Shown here one piece after another: positions 9,174-17,396 of a stretch of 35,797 bases of DNA. The stretch covers positions 1-35,797 of the forward strand of contig CAZONU010000003.1 of NCBI GenBank assembly GCA_964581145.1. The letters are read 5' to 3'. The notes below the pieces were generated by a model that made no database searches, was not told where the DNA came from, and saw nothing but the letters and a program-made list of their open reading frames with translations. The stretch's first letter is position 1. Each line of letters opens with the position of its first letter. The translations under genes were made by a program, and so were the position numbers. The DNA comes from an uncultured Planctomycetia bacterium (GTDB lineage: Bacteria; Planctomycetota; SZUA-567; JAKLDR01).

Positions 9174-10372
9174 GGATGGCAACAGAACAGAATTGCTGCA
9201 GCGCGACTGATAGCCCGCCTGTTCCCATACGTATGAGAAGAACCGGGAGGGACGTACCCTATCGGATTTGCGCACACTGTATCATGGATACGACCGACCC
9301 GAATATCTCTTTCGATAACAGTGGCGTCTGTAATCATTGTCAATACTATTCGTTCAAGGCGAAAGAACGTCTTCGAACCGGAGAGTCTGGAAGACAAGAG
9401 CTGAATGCGCTGGTCGAGAAGATCAAGCGACATGGCGAAGGCAAGCAGTACGATTGCGTCCTTGGAGTCAGCGGGGGAGTAGATAGCACCTACGTCGCGT
9501 ACACGGTAAAGGAACTTGGCTTACGCCCCCTTGCCGTCCACTTGGACAACGGCTGGAACTCGGAACTCGCTGTGCGGAACATCGAAGGCGCGGTGGGGAC
9601 GCTCGACATCGATCTATACACACACGTCGTCAACTGGCCGGAATTCCGCAGTCTCCAGTTATCGTTTCTACGAGCTTCCGTCCCGGAAATGGAGGTCCCC
9701 ACTGACCATGGGATCTCTGCGCTGCTCTACCAAGTCAGTCGGCGCGAGAAGATCAGGTACATAATGACGGGAGTAAACGTCACAACAGAGGGTATCCATC
9801 CAACTGCCTGGGGATACGGAATGTGGGATTGGCGGTACATTTCGGGCGTGCACCAGCGTTATGGTGAATGCAAGCTCACAACGTATCCTTCTTACAGGCC
9901 CGCCGGCCTGCTCTATTACGCGTTTCTCGCTGGCATCCGGCGCATTGCCATCTTGAACTACATCGACTATGTCAAGGAAGATGCCATTGATCTTCTGACC
10001 CGCAGGCTTGACTGGCGGTACTATGGCGGCAAGCATTACGAATCCATCTATACGCGATTCGTACAAGGTTACATTCTTCCGAGGAAATTCTCCATCGACA
10101 AGCGCCGGGCCCATCTGTCCTCGTTGATATGTGCTGGGCAGATGACTCGCGACGAGGCGCTGAAGAGGATTGAAGCCCCGCCCTATCTTGACCCTGCGTT
10201 GGAACAGCACGACCGTGAGTACGTGATCAAGAAGCTCGGCATCACGGAAGCAGATTTCGAGGGAATCATGCGTAGCCCGCCCAAGAGCGTACGTGACTAT
10301 CCCTCCTACTGCTGGGCGTACCCAGCTATGCGCTACTTGGCCAATCGACTTGGATTCATCCGATACCTCTAG
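9170..10372 (+). CDS. N-acetyl sugar amidotransferase (WbpG/PseA/WbuX-type PP-loop enzyme)
   Basis: It carries a zinc-ribbon-like motif (CAHCIMDTTDPNISFDNSGVCNHC) and a PP-loop (GVSGGVDSTYVAY), followed by HLDNGWNSELAVRNIE. The start overlaps the wzy stop as ATGA. An alternative ATG lies at 9233. Confidence 0.8.
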   Translation: MRMATEQNCCSATDSPPVPIRMRRTGRDVPYRICAHCIMDTTDPNISFDNSGVCNHCQYYSFKAKERLRTGESGRQELNALVEKIKRHGEGKQYDCVLGVSGGVDSTYVAYTVKELGLRPLAVHLDNGWNSELAVRNIEGAVGTLDIDLYTHVVNWPEFRSLQLSFLRASVPEMEVPTDHGISALLYQVSRREKIRYIMTGVNVTTEGIHPTAWGYGMWDWRYISGVHQRYGECKLTTYPSYRPAGLLYYAFLAGIRRIAILNYIDYVKEDAIDLLTRRLDWRYYGGKHYESIYTRFVQGYILPRKFSIDKRRAHLSSLICAGQMTRDEALKRIEAPPYLDPALEQHDREYVIKKLGITEADFEGIMRSPPKSVRDYPSYCWAYPAMRYLANRLGFIRYL

Positions 10373-10429
10373 GGCCATGTGGCACATGATAGTGATGCCA
10401 CCTGATGCGTGGGGAGTTGATAGAGGAAG

Positions 10430-11596
10430 ATGATACCTGGTCTCAACATCCACGTCTACCACTCCACCATCGAGCATGAGAGCCGCATGCTGAAGGAAAC
10501 GGCTTGCCTGGTGCGGGAAGGAATTGTTGCGGAAGGCTGCCTCGTTGGAATATGGAAGGATGGTTTGGCGGAGAGGGAACGGATCGATTCGAGGCGGTGG
10601 ATCTGGCGCGCCCGCCCCTGTAGGATATTGACTAAGCTTCCCCTTGTGGGTAGGGTTGCCCGGGTCTTGAGCTGGATGTTTGTCGTGCTGAAGCGATTCC
10701 GCAGGCGCCCTGTTGGCCTGATTAACTGTCATTCTTTGGTGGCGCTTCCCCTGTGTGTCGCGTTGAAATTCGCCACTGGCGCGAAACTCGTATATGACAC
10801 GCACGAACTTGAAACCGAGACCTGTGGGATGGGGTTGTTCCGGACTCTCGTCAGCAAGCTTCTTGAGCGCCTGCTCGCTCCAACTGCAGATATGATCATT
10901 GTTGTTTCGCCAGGTATTGGCGAATGGTATCGAAAGCGGTATCCGCGAATCCCGGTTCATGTTGTTCGCAACATCCCGGATGTGTCTGCTCCGAGTCCAA
11001 CCCGCAGCAACTACTTGCGGGAGCACTTCTCCCTAAGCAGGGACGACAGGGTCTTCTTGTACGTTGGCGTGCTGGGTTATGGTCGCGCAATCCTGTTGAT
11101 GCTCAGGGCCTTCGCGCGCGCTCGGCCGGATCGCCACCTGGTTTTGATGGGCTACGGCCCGTTGGAGTCGGAGGTGCGCACCTTTGCTGACCAATATGCC
11201 AACATACACTTCCATCCGGCAGTCGCTTCTGAGGATGTAGTGTCCTATGCAGCGGGCGCAGATGTGGGCCTGTGCCTGATTGAAAACGTGTGTTTGAGCT
11301 ATGTTATTACTCTCGCTAATAAACTCTTTGAGTACCTTCTGGCTGGGATTCCCGTTGTCGCCAGCGATTTTCCAGCAATGAAACATATCTTGGATGAATG
11401 CGGGGCGGGTTGGTCCATCCCTGTGAGCGAGGAAGCGCTGGCCGAATGGATTAATGCATTGGAGGACGGAGAACTCCTGAAGAAGACGGCCGCTGCCAAG
11501 GCCGCCTCCGAACTCTATTCCTGGAAGGCGGAAGAAGAAAAGCTCTTGGGCGGCTATGATGCATTGATGGCGTCCAGAGCGTCCATGGCGCCATGA
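10430..11596 (+). CDS. Glycosyltransferase (GT-B fold, GT4-like)
   Basis: GAGGAAG precedes the ATG. The C-terminal half resembles the GT1/GT4 nucleotide-sugar domain (LYVGVLGYGR..., LFEYLLAGIPVVASDF). Confidence 0.65.
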   Translation: MIPGLNIHVYHSTIEHESRMLKETACLVREGIVAEGCLVGIWKDGLAERERIDSRRWIWRARPCRILTKLPLVGRVARVLSWMFVVLKRFRRRPVGLINCHSLVALPLCVALKFATGAKLVYDTHELETETCGMGLFRTLVSKLLERLLAPTADMIIVVSPGIGEWYRKRYPRIPVHVVRNIPDVSAPSPTRSNYLREHFSLSRDDRVFLYVGVLGYGRAILLMLRAFARARPDRHLVLMGYGPLESEVRTFADQYANIHFHPAVASEDVVSYAAGADVGLCLIENVCLSYVITLANKLFEYLLAGIPVVASDFPAMKHILDECGAGWSIPVSEEALAEWINALEDGELLKKTAAAKAASELYSWKAEEEKLLGGYDALMASRASMAP

Positions 11597-13485
11597 AGGT
11601 CCTCTACCTGCACCAGTACTTCAACACCCCGCAAATGGCGGGAGGCACCCGCTCCTACATGCTGGCGCGCCGCCTGGTGGAGGCCGGCCACGAGGTCCAC
11701 ATGATCACCTCGCGGCGCGACGGCCGGGGAGCCGGGAAGTCCGGCTGGACGCGCACCGAAGAGGACGGGATTCACGTGCACTGGGTCCGGGTCCCGTATT
11801 CCAACAGGATGGGCTTCTGGCGGCGCATCGCCGCCTTTTTCCAGTTCGCCTGGTCCGCGGCGCGAAAGGCGGCGGCCCTGGACGGCGACGTCGTCTTCGC
11901 CACCAGCACGCCGCTGACCATAGCCCTGCCGGGGGTGTACGCCGCGCGGAAGCGTCGAGTTCCGATGGTCTTCGAGGTCCGGGACCTTTGGCCGACGTCG
12001 CCCATCGCCATCGGAGCGCTCAGGAATCGCTTTCTGATCACCGCGGCCCGCTGGCTGGAGCGCTTCGCCTACCGGCATGCCGCGCGCGTAGTGGCGCTGT
12101 CGCCCGGCATGAGGGACGGGGTTACGGCTGTCGGCTATCCACCAGAGCGGGTGTCGGTCATCCCCAACATCTCCGAAATCGACTTCTTCGGTGTTGACCC
12201 TGAGTCCGGACGTGCGATCCGCGCGCGCTATGACTGGCTCGGGCCCCGGCCTCTGGTCATTTACGCGGGTGCTCTTGGGCACGTTAACGGCGTGGACTAT
12301 CTGGCGCGGGTGGCCGCCGCCGCGGCACCACTGGACCCTGAGATCAGGTTTCTCGTGCTCGGCAAGGGGAAAGAAGAGGAAAGAGTGCGGGCAGAGGCCG
12401 AGCGCCTGGGCGTCCTCGACCGCAACTTCTTCATGCTGCCAGCAGTCCCCAAGTCGGAATTGCCCGCCTGGCTCTCTGCCGCGGACATCACAACTTCGAC
12501 TGTTATCAACATCAAAGAGTTGTGGCCCGATGCGGCCAACAAGTTCTTCGACGCGCTGGCGGCGGGGAGGCCGGTGGCCATCAACTACGGCGGCTGGCAG
12601 GCGGACCTTCTCCGCGAGTCGGGCGCGGGGCTGGTGCTGGACGCCCATGACCAGGAAGCCGCGGCGGCGGACCTGGTCCGGGCGCTTCGCGATGAGCAGT
12701 GGATGGCCCGGGCCGGCGCCGCTGCGCGCAAGCTCGCCGAGCGCTTCTCGCCGGAGCGGGCCGGCACCATGCTGGAGCAGGTCTTCAAGGCGGCGCTGGA
12801 GGAAAGCGGCGGGGCCCACCGGACCGTCCGGCTGCTGCGCGCGGCCAACAGGGCCCCCGCGGCGGGGTCGCCGGTCAAGAGAATCCTGGACTTCAGCGCG
12901 GCCGTGGCCGGACTGCTCTTCCTGTCGCCCGTCCTGCTCCTGATCGCGCTGGCCGTCCGCCTGGGGGCGGGGGCGCCCGTACTCTTCAGGCAGCGGCGGC
13001 CGGGTCTGGGCGGGAGGCCCTTCACCATCCTCAAGTTCCGGACATTGCGCGCGGGCCGAGGGCCGGACGCCGAGCGGATGACCCGGTTCGGCCGCTTCCT
13101 GCGGCGCTGGAGCCTGGACGAACTCCCGGAGCTCCTCAACGTCCTCGGGGGCGAGATGAGCCTGGTGGGCCCGCGGCCCCTGCTGGTGGAGTACCTGGAC
13201 CGCTACACCCCCGAGCAGGCCCAGCGCCACGAGGTCAGGCCCGGAATCACCGGCTGGGCGCAGGTGAACGGGCGCAACGCCCGGACCTGGGAGGAGCGCT
13301 TCAAGCTGGACGTCTGGTACGTCGAGAACCGGAGCCTGCCGCTGGACATCAAGATTCTGCTGCTTACCATTGTGAAGGTCGTCAGCGGGGAGGGCGTCAG
13401 CGCCGCGGGGCATGCCACCATGCCGCGGTTCACGGGGGACGGGCCCCGCGCCGGCCATGCTCAGGCGGAGAAAGAGAATCGATGA
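11593..13485 (+). CDS. Fusion protein: GT4 glycosyltransferase (WbuB-like) + small monotopic phosphoglycosyl transferase (PglC/WbaP C-terminal-type sugar transferase)
   Basis: The N-terminus (MKVLYLHQYFNTPQMAGGTRSY..) is typical of GT4/WbuB. From about aa 428 (nt 12874) the sequence reads KRILDFSAAVAGLLFLSPVLLLIALAV..., then FTILKFRTL, DELPELLNVLGGEMSLVGPRP and PGITGWAQVNGRN. That is a complete bacterial sugar-transferase domain. The ORF is single and uninterrupted, with ATGA overlaps at both ends. Confidence 0.8.
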   Translation: MKVLYLHQYFNTPQMAGGTRSYMLARRLVEAGHEVHMITSRRDGRGAGKSGWTRTEEDGIHVHWVRVPYSNRMGFWRRIAAFFQFAWSAARKAAALDGDVVFATSTPLTIALPGVYAARKRRVPMVFEVRDLWPTSPIAIGALRNRFLITAARWLERFAYRHAARVVALSPGMRDGVTAVGYPPERVSVIPNISEIDFFGVDPESGRAIRARYDWLGPRPLVIYAGALGHVNGVDYLARVAAAAAPLDPEIRFLVLGKGKEEERVRAEAERLGVLDRNFFMLPAVPKSELPAWLSAADITTSTVINIKELWPDAANKFFDALAAGRPVAINYGGWQADLLRESGAGLVLDAHDQEAAAADLVRALRDEQWMARAGAAARKLAERFSPERAGTMLEQVFKAALEESGGAHRTVRLLRAANRAPAAGSPVKRILDFSAAVAGLLFLSPVLLLIALAVRLGAGAPVLFRQRRPGLGGRPFTILKFRTLRAGRGPDAERMTRFGRFLRRWSLDELPELLNVLGGEMSLVGPRPLLVEYLDRYTPEQAQRHEVRPGITGWAQVNGRNARTWEERFKLDVWYVENRSLPLDIKILLLTIVKVVSGEGVSAAGHATMPRFTGDGPRAGHAQAEKENR

Positions 13486-14123
13486 AGCCGATAGTCGTCT
13501 ACGGCGCGGGAGGCGCGGGCCGGGAAATTCGGCAACTCATAGCCGACATCAACGCCCGGGAAGCCGCGTGGGAGTTCGGGGGCTTCGTGGTCACCGACAC
13601 CGCCAGCCTGGGCGAGCGCGACAGCAGGGAAGACGTGATCGGCGACGAGAAGTGGCTGGCCGGGCAACCGGCGGGCACGTCGGTGGCTCTCGGCATCGGC
13701 GCCCCGAAGGTCCGGCGCCAGGTCGCGGAGCGGCTGCGGGCGAACCTTCCCGGCCTTGACTTTCCCAACCTCCTCCACCCCACGGTTGTTTCGGGCGTAT
13801 CGCTTGAGATGGGCGTCGGGAACCTCGTGGGCCCCGGGAACATAGTGGGAGTGCAGGTAGTCATCGGGGATTTCAACTATCTCAATTCCGCCTGCACCAT
13901 CGGCCACGACGTGCGCATGGGCAGCTGCTGCGTGGTCAACCCGGGCAGCAACATCTCGGGCGGTGTCGAGATCGGGGACGCGGTGCTGGTGGGCACCAAC
14001 GCCGCTATTCTGCAATACCGGAAAATAGGCGGGAACGCGACTGTGGCGGCGGGGGCGCTGGTCAACAGGGACGTGCCGGAGGGCGCCACGGTGATGGGCG
14101 TCCCCGCGCGGGTGCGGCCTTAA
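13482..14123 (+). CDS. Sugar N-acetyltransferase (NeuD/PglD family, left-handed beta-helix)
   Basis: MKPIVVYGAGGAGREIRQLIADIN is followed by C-terminal hexapeptide repeats (IGD.V.VG.NA.I...IG). The ATG at 13482 overlaps the upstream TGA. The track ORF 12699..14123 is the same frame extended backwards through the upstream gene. Confidence 0.8.
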   Translation: MKPIVVYGAGGAGREIRQLIADINAREAAWEFGGFVVTDTASLGERDSREDVIGDEKWLAGQPAGTSVALGIGAPKVRRQVAERLRANLPGLDFPNLLHPTVVSGVSLEMGVGNLVGPGNIVGVQVVIGDFNYLNSACTIGHDVRMGSCCVVNPGSNISGGVEIGDAVLVGTNAAILQYRKIGGNATVAAGALVNRDVPEGATVMGVPARVRP

Positions 14124-15253
14124 CCCAGCAGTTCCCTCACGATTCCGGATATCGCGGCCACGTCTTCCTCGGCCATGTGCGAGTAGAGCGGCAGCGCCAG
14201 CCCCGTCCGGCTGGCGCGCTCGGCGACCGGGAGCCTTCCGCGGTAGGGTGCGCCCAGCTCGGAGTAGGCGCTCATCTCGTGGACGGCCGGATGGAAGTAC
14301 CTCTTGGTCTGGATGCCGCGCTCGGCCAGGGCTGCGCAGAGGGAGTCGCGGGGCATGGCGGCGTCCCCGCCAACGAAGATCACCATGTAGTTGCGGGTGG
14401 TGGTCCGGTCGTCAGGAGCATCCTGGAAGGAAACGCCCCGCAGGCCGGAGAGCTCGCGGCGGTACAGCGCGACAAGCTTCGCGCGGCGCGAGATCAGTTC
14501 CCCGCAGTGCGCCAGGCAGCGCAGCCCGACTGCGGCGTGCAGTTCGCTCATGCGAGCGGACAGGCCGACGAACTCCATGTCGCAGCCGTCGGCCGCCTTG
14601 CCGTAGTCGCGCATGGAGCGCAGCCGGCGGGCAATTTCCCGGTCGCGGACCGCGACCAGGCCGCCCTCCACCGAGGTGACCACCTTGGTGGGGCTCATCG
14701 AGAAGACCTCGGCGTCGCCGAAGGACCCGGCCGGCCGGCCCCGGTAGCTGGCCCCCAGGGCCTGGGCGGCGTCGCAGATCACTTTGAGCCCGCGCTCCTC
14801 GGCCAGGGGCAGCAGCCGGTCGAAGTCCGGCGGCAGGCCGAAGATATAGACCGGCATGATTGCCGAGGTCCTTTCGGTGATCTTCCCGGCCACGTCGTCC
14901 GGGTCCAGGTTGTACGTGCCGGGCAGCGAGTCGCAAAAGACCGGCTTCAGACCGTTCCACATCAGTGCGTGAGCGGACGCCGCGAAGGTGAACGCCGGCA
15001 CGATCACCTCGCCGGCGAGTCCCAAAGCCTTGGCCGCCAGGATGAGCCCCGAGGTGCAGCACGAAACCGCGACGCAGTCCGCCGCGCCCAGGAACTCCGC
15101 CGCGCGCCGTTCGAGCTCCGCCACCCGCGGACCGCAGGTAACGATGCCGCTCTCGATTATCCGACCGAACTCGCAGGCCAGGTCGCCGGCTTCCGGCACC
15201 GTCGGTCTGATTATCGGGTATTTGAACTTCGACAGAGACATTCCCCCAGTCAT
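14120..15253 (-). CDS. DegT/DnrJ/EryC1/StrS-family sugar aminotransferase (PglE-like)
   Basis: It shows the family layout (PEAGDLACEFGRIIESGIVTCGPRVAELE..., FSMSPTKVVTSVEGG with the PLP lysine, and LPLYSHM). An alternative ATG lies at 15241. Confidence 0.8.
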   Translation of the reverse strand: MTGGMSLSKFKYPIIRPTVPEAGDLACEFGRIIESGIVTCGPRVAELERRAAEFLGAADCVAVSCCTSGLILAAKALGLAGEVIVPAFTFAASAHALMWNGLKPVFCDSLPGTYNLDPDDVAGKITERTSAIMPVYIFGLPPDFDRLLPLAEERGLKVICDAAQALGASYRGRPAGSFGDAEVFSMSPTKVVTSVEGGLVAVRDREIARRLRSMRDYGKAADGCDMEFVGLSARMSELHAAVGLRCLAHCGELISRRAKLVALYRRELSGLRGVSFQDAPDDRTTTRNYMVIFVGGDAAMPRDSLCAALAERGIQTKRYFHPAVHEMSAYSELGAPYRGRLPVAERASRTGLALPLYSHMAEEDVAAISGIVRELLG

Positions 15254-15329
15254 TGGCGCTCAGAGGTCCTGCGAGTGCGGGGCCTGTCGTGCCGCGGCAG
15301 CGGGCTGCAATCCCGGCCGGCCGCGGCCT

Positions 15330-17237
15330 TCAGGGAACCGAAATCGGCCGGCGCGGCTTCTCGACGGTCTGCCGGCGCTCCGGGGCGACCTCCGGCCGGG
15401 CCTGCGCCCCAGGCCTAAACCCCGGCACAATCTCACCCAGGACCCTGGTCAGGTCGGCCGCCGCCGCGCCGTTGGAGGTGATGTACTGGAGCTCATCAAT
15501 CCTGGCGCCCAGCTCCTCCGGCGGCCCGTTCTCGGACAGCGCGGCGAGGATGCCCGGATGGGCCGTGGAGGTCAGCTCCTCGTGGGTGTACCAGAGCTCC
15601 TCGTGGAGCTTCTCGCCGGGGCGCAGGCCGGTGTAGGCGATCTCGATGTCCCGTCCCGGGACCAGACCGGCCAGCTGGATCATCTCCCGGGCCAGGTCGT
15701 CGATCCTGATGGGGCTGCCCATCTCCAGCACGTACACGCTCGAGGGACGGCCGATGGCCGCCGCGGTCAGCACCAGCCCGGCGGCCTCGGGTATGCTCAT
15801 GAAATAGCGGGTAACTTCCGGGTGGGTGACAGTGACCGGCCCGCCGCGCTCGATCTGCCGCCGGAAGAGCGGCACCACGCTGCCGTCGCTGTCCAGCACG
15901 TTTCCGAAGCGCACGGTCACGAACTCGGTAGCGCTGCCCAGCGCCGCTTCCTGGCAGATGAACTCGGCGGCGCGCTTGGTGCAGCCCATCACGCTGCTGG
16001 GACGGACGGCCTTGTCGGTGGAGACCAGCACGAAGCGATCGACGCCCGTCTGCATGGCGGCCGCGGCGAGTGTCTTGGTACCCAGCAAGTTGTTCTTCAC
16101 GGCCTCCGCGGCGTTGTCCTCCAGGAGGGGAACGTGCTTGTAGGCCGCCGCGTGGAGGACAACTTGCGGCCGGTGGGCGGCGAAGGCCCTGTCCAGGCAG
16201 GGCCGGTCGCAGATGTCGCCCAGGACCGGAACGGCGGGGGCGGGCGTTTTCATCTCCTCCAGGAGCTGCGCCAGGTGATAAAGGTTGCTCTCGTTGCGCT
16301 CGAAGAGCACCAGTTTGCCCAGCCCCAGGAAGGCCAGCTGGCGGCAAAGTTCCGAGCCGATGGAACCGCCCGCGCCGGTGACCATCACCGTCTTGCCGGC
16401 GTAATATGCTCGCAGCAATTCCAGATCCGGGGAGCCGGAGTTCCGCCCCAGCAGGTCCGCGACCCGGATTTCCTTGACCTCGCTGACCCTGGTGGCTCCG
16501 CTGATCACGTCGGACAGCCGGGGGACGATCTTGAAATCGACGCCCGCGGCCCGGGCCTTCTCCACGACCTCGGTTACCACTTTCCTGGGTGCCGAGGCGA
16601 TGGCCACGATGACTTCACCGACGCGATGACGCCGAATGGCAGCGGGCAGGTCGTCCAGCCTGCCCACCACGGGGATGTCGTGAATCCGCCGGCCGAGCTT
16701 TTCCGGATCATCGTCCAGATAGCAGACCGGGATCACTTCCGAGTCCGGATTCTGACGGAGCTCCCTGCCCACCAGTTGCCCGGCCTCTCCGGCCCCGACT
16801 ATGATGGCCCTCTTTCCCCGGCCGGATCCGGGCCGGAATTCCCTGAGCGCGCGCTCGAAGAAGCGCAGGCCCGCGGTCGCTCCCAGGGTCAGCACCAGGT
16901 CAAAGAGCAGCAAGGTAATCGGCATTCCCGCAAGGAGCGGGGTGGACAGCATCACCGCCAGCAGGACTGCCGAGGAGCCGCCCGCCCCGATGCAGAGCTT
17001 CACGGCGTCGCGGAACCCGGCGTAGGCCCAGTAAACCCGGTAAACGCGCGCCAGGTGGAAAGCCACCAGCTTGATAATCACCACCGACGGTACCAGGAAG
17101 GCACAAGTTCTCCAGGGGATGTCGGCCGCCGTCAGGAGCGGTGATGCAAGGGCGGTCAGCAGGAGCGACACCACGAACGCGGCGCCGAATATGCCAGCGT
17201 CAATCGCATAGAGGAACCGCTGCAGCCTTTCCGTCAT
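15330..17237 (-). CDS. Membrane-anchored NDP-sugar 4,6-dehydratase (CapD/PglF/WbpM-like polysaccharide biosynthesis protein)
   Basis: N-terminal TM segments are followed by the Rossmann motif VMVTGAGGSIGSELCRQL and FVLVSTDKAVRP. The track ORF starts at the TTG at 17249. I prefer the ATG at 17237 (MTERLQRF...). Confidence 0.8.
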   Translation of the reverse strand: MTERLQRFLYAIDAGIFGAAFVVSLLLTALASPLLTAADIPWRTCAFLVPSVVIIKLVAFHLARVYRVYWAYAGFRDAVKLCIGAGGSSAVLLAVMLSTPLLAGMPITLLLFDLVLTLGATAGLRFFERALREFRPGSGRGKRAIIVGAGEAGQLVGRELRQNPDSEVIPVCYLDDDPEKLGRRIHDIPVVGRLDDLPAAIRRHRVGEVIVAIASAPRKVVTEVVEKARAAGVDFKIVPRLSDVISGATRVSEVKEIRVADLLGRNSGSPDLELLRAYYAGKTVMVTGAGGSIGSELCRQLAFLGLGKLVLFERNESNLYHLAQLLEEMKTPAPAVPVLGDICDRPCLDRAFAAHRPQVVLHAAAYKHVPLLEDNAAEAVKNNLLGTKTLAAAAMQTGVDRFVLVSTDKAVRPSSVMGCTKRAAEFICQEAALGSATEFVTVRFGNVLDSDGSVVPLFRRQIERGGPVTVTHPEVTRYFMSIPEAAGLVLTAAAIGRPSSVYVLEMGSPIRIDDLAREMIQLAGLVPGRDIEIAYTGLRPGEKLHEELWYTHEELTSTAHPGILAALSENGPPEELGARIDELQYITSNGAAAADLTRVLGEIVPGFRPGAQARPEVAPERRQTVEKPRRPISVP

Positions 17238-17293
17238 GCCCCCCCCCAAGATGTCCGGCGCACCGGTGTCGAATCAGCCAACCGCCTGATTCT

Positions 17294-17321
17294 ATGGTAT
17301 TACCCGCGCAGCGATTGTCAA
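17294..17321 (-). promoter_or_regulatory. Possible promoter for the pglF/pglE-like pair (TTGACA-N16-TACCAT, minus strand)
   Basis: The reverse complement of 17316-17321 is TTGACA and of 17294-17299 is TACCAT. Confidence 0.35.
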
Positions 17322-17396
17322 ATGCCCGTGCGCGACGAGGCCCGGTGACCTGGCCCCGCCTCCCCGGCTAGCGAGGAGCGGATGGCATGTCTGCTG

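Noticed and set aside
10630-10650. A third partial match (CCCTTGTGGG) to the TCACAAGG loop motif inside the GT gene
   Set aside because: It differs in the key loop bases (CCACAAGG rather than TCACAAGG), lacks the flanking GC stem and the CCCGCCCT box, and lies within coding sequence.
11554-13458. 634-aa minus-strand ORF and several plus-strand alternative-frame ORFs (12191..12943 and the 12699.. part of 12699..14123) across the GT-PGT fusion gene
   Set aside because: They are low-complexity Arg/Pro/Gly translations that overlap a gene with clear GT4 and sugar-transferase motifs. Only the last 213 codons of 12699..14123 (from the ATG at 13482) look real.
14177-17144. Plus-strand ORFs 14177..15418 (413 aa) and 14988..17144 (718 aa) opposite the aminotransferase and dehydratase genes
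   Set aside because: They are antisense shadows. The minus-strand products carry unmistakable DegT and CapD/PglF motifs, and the plus-strand translations are compositionally aberrant.
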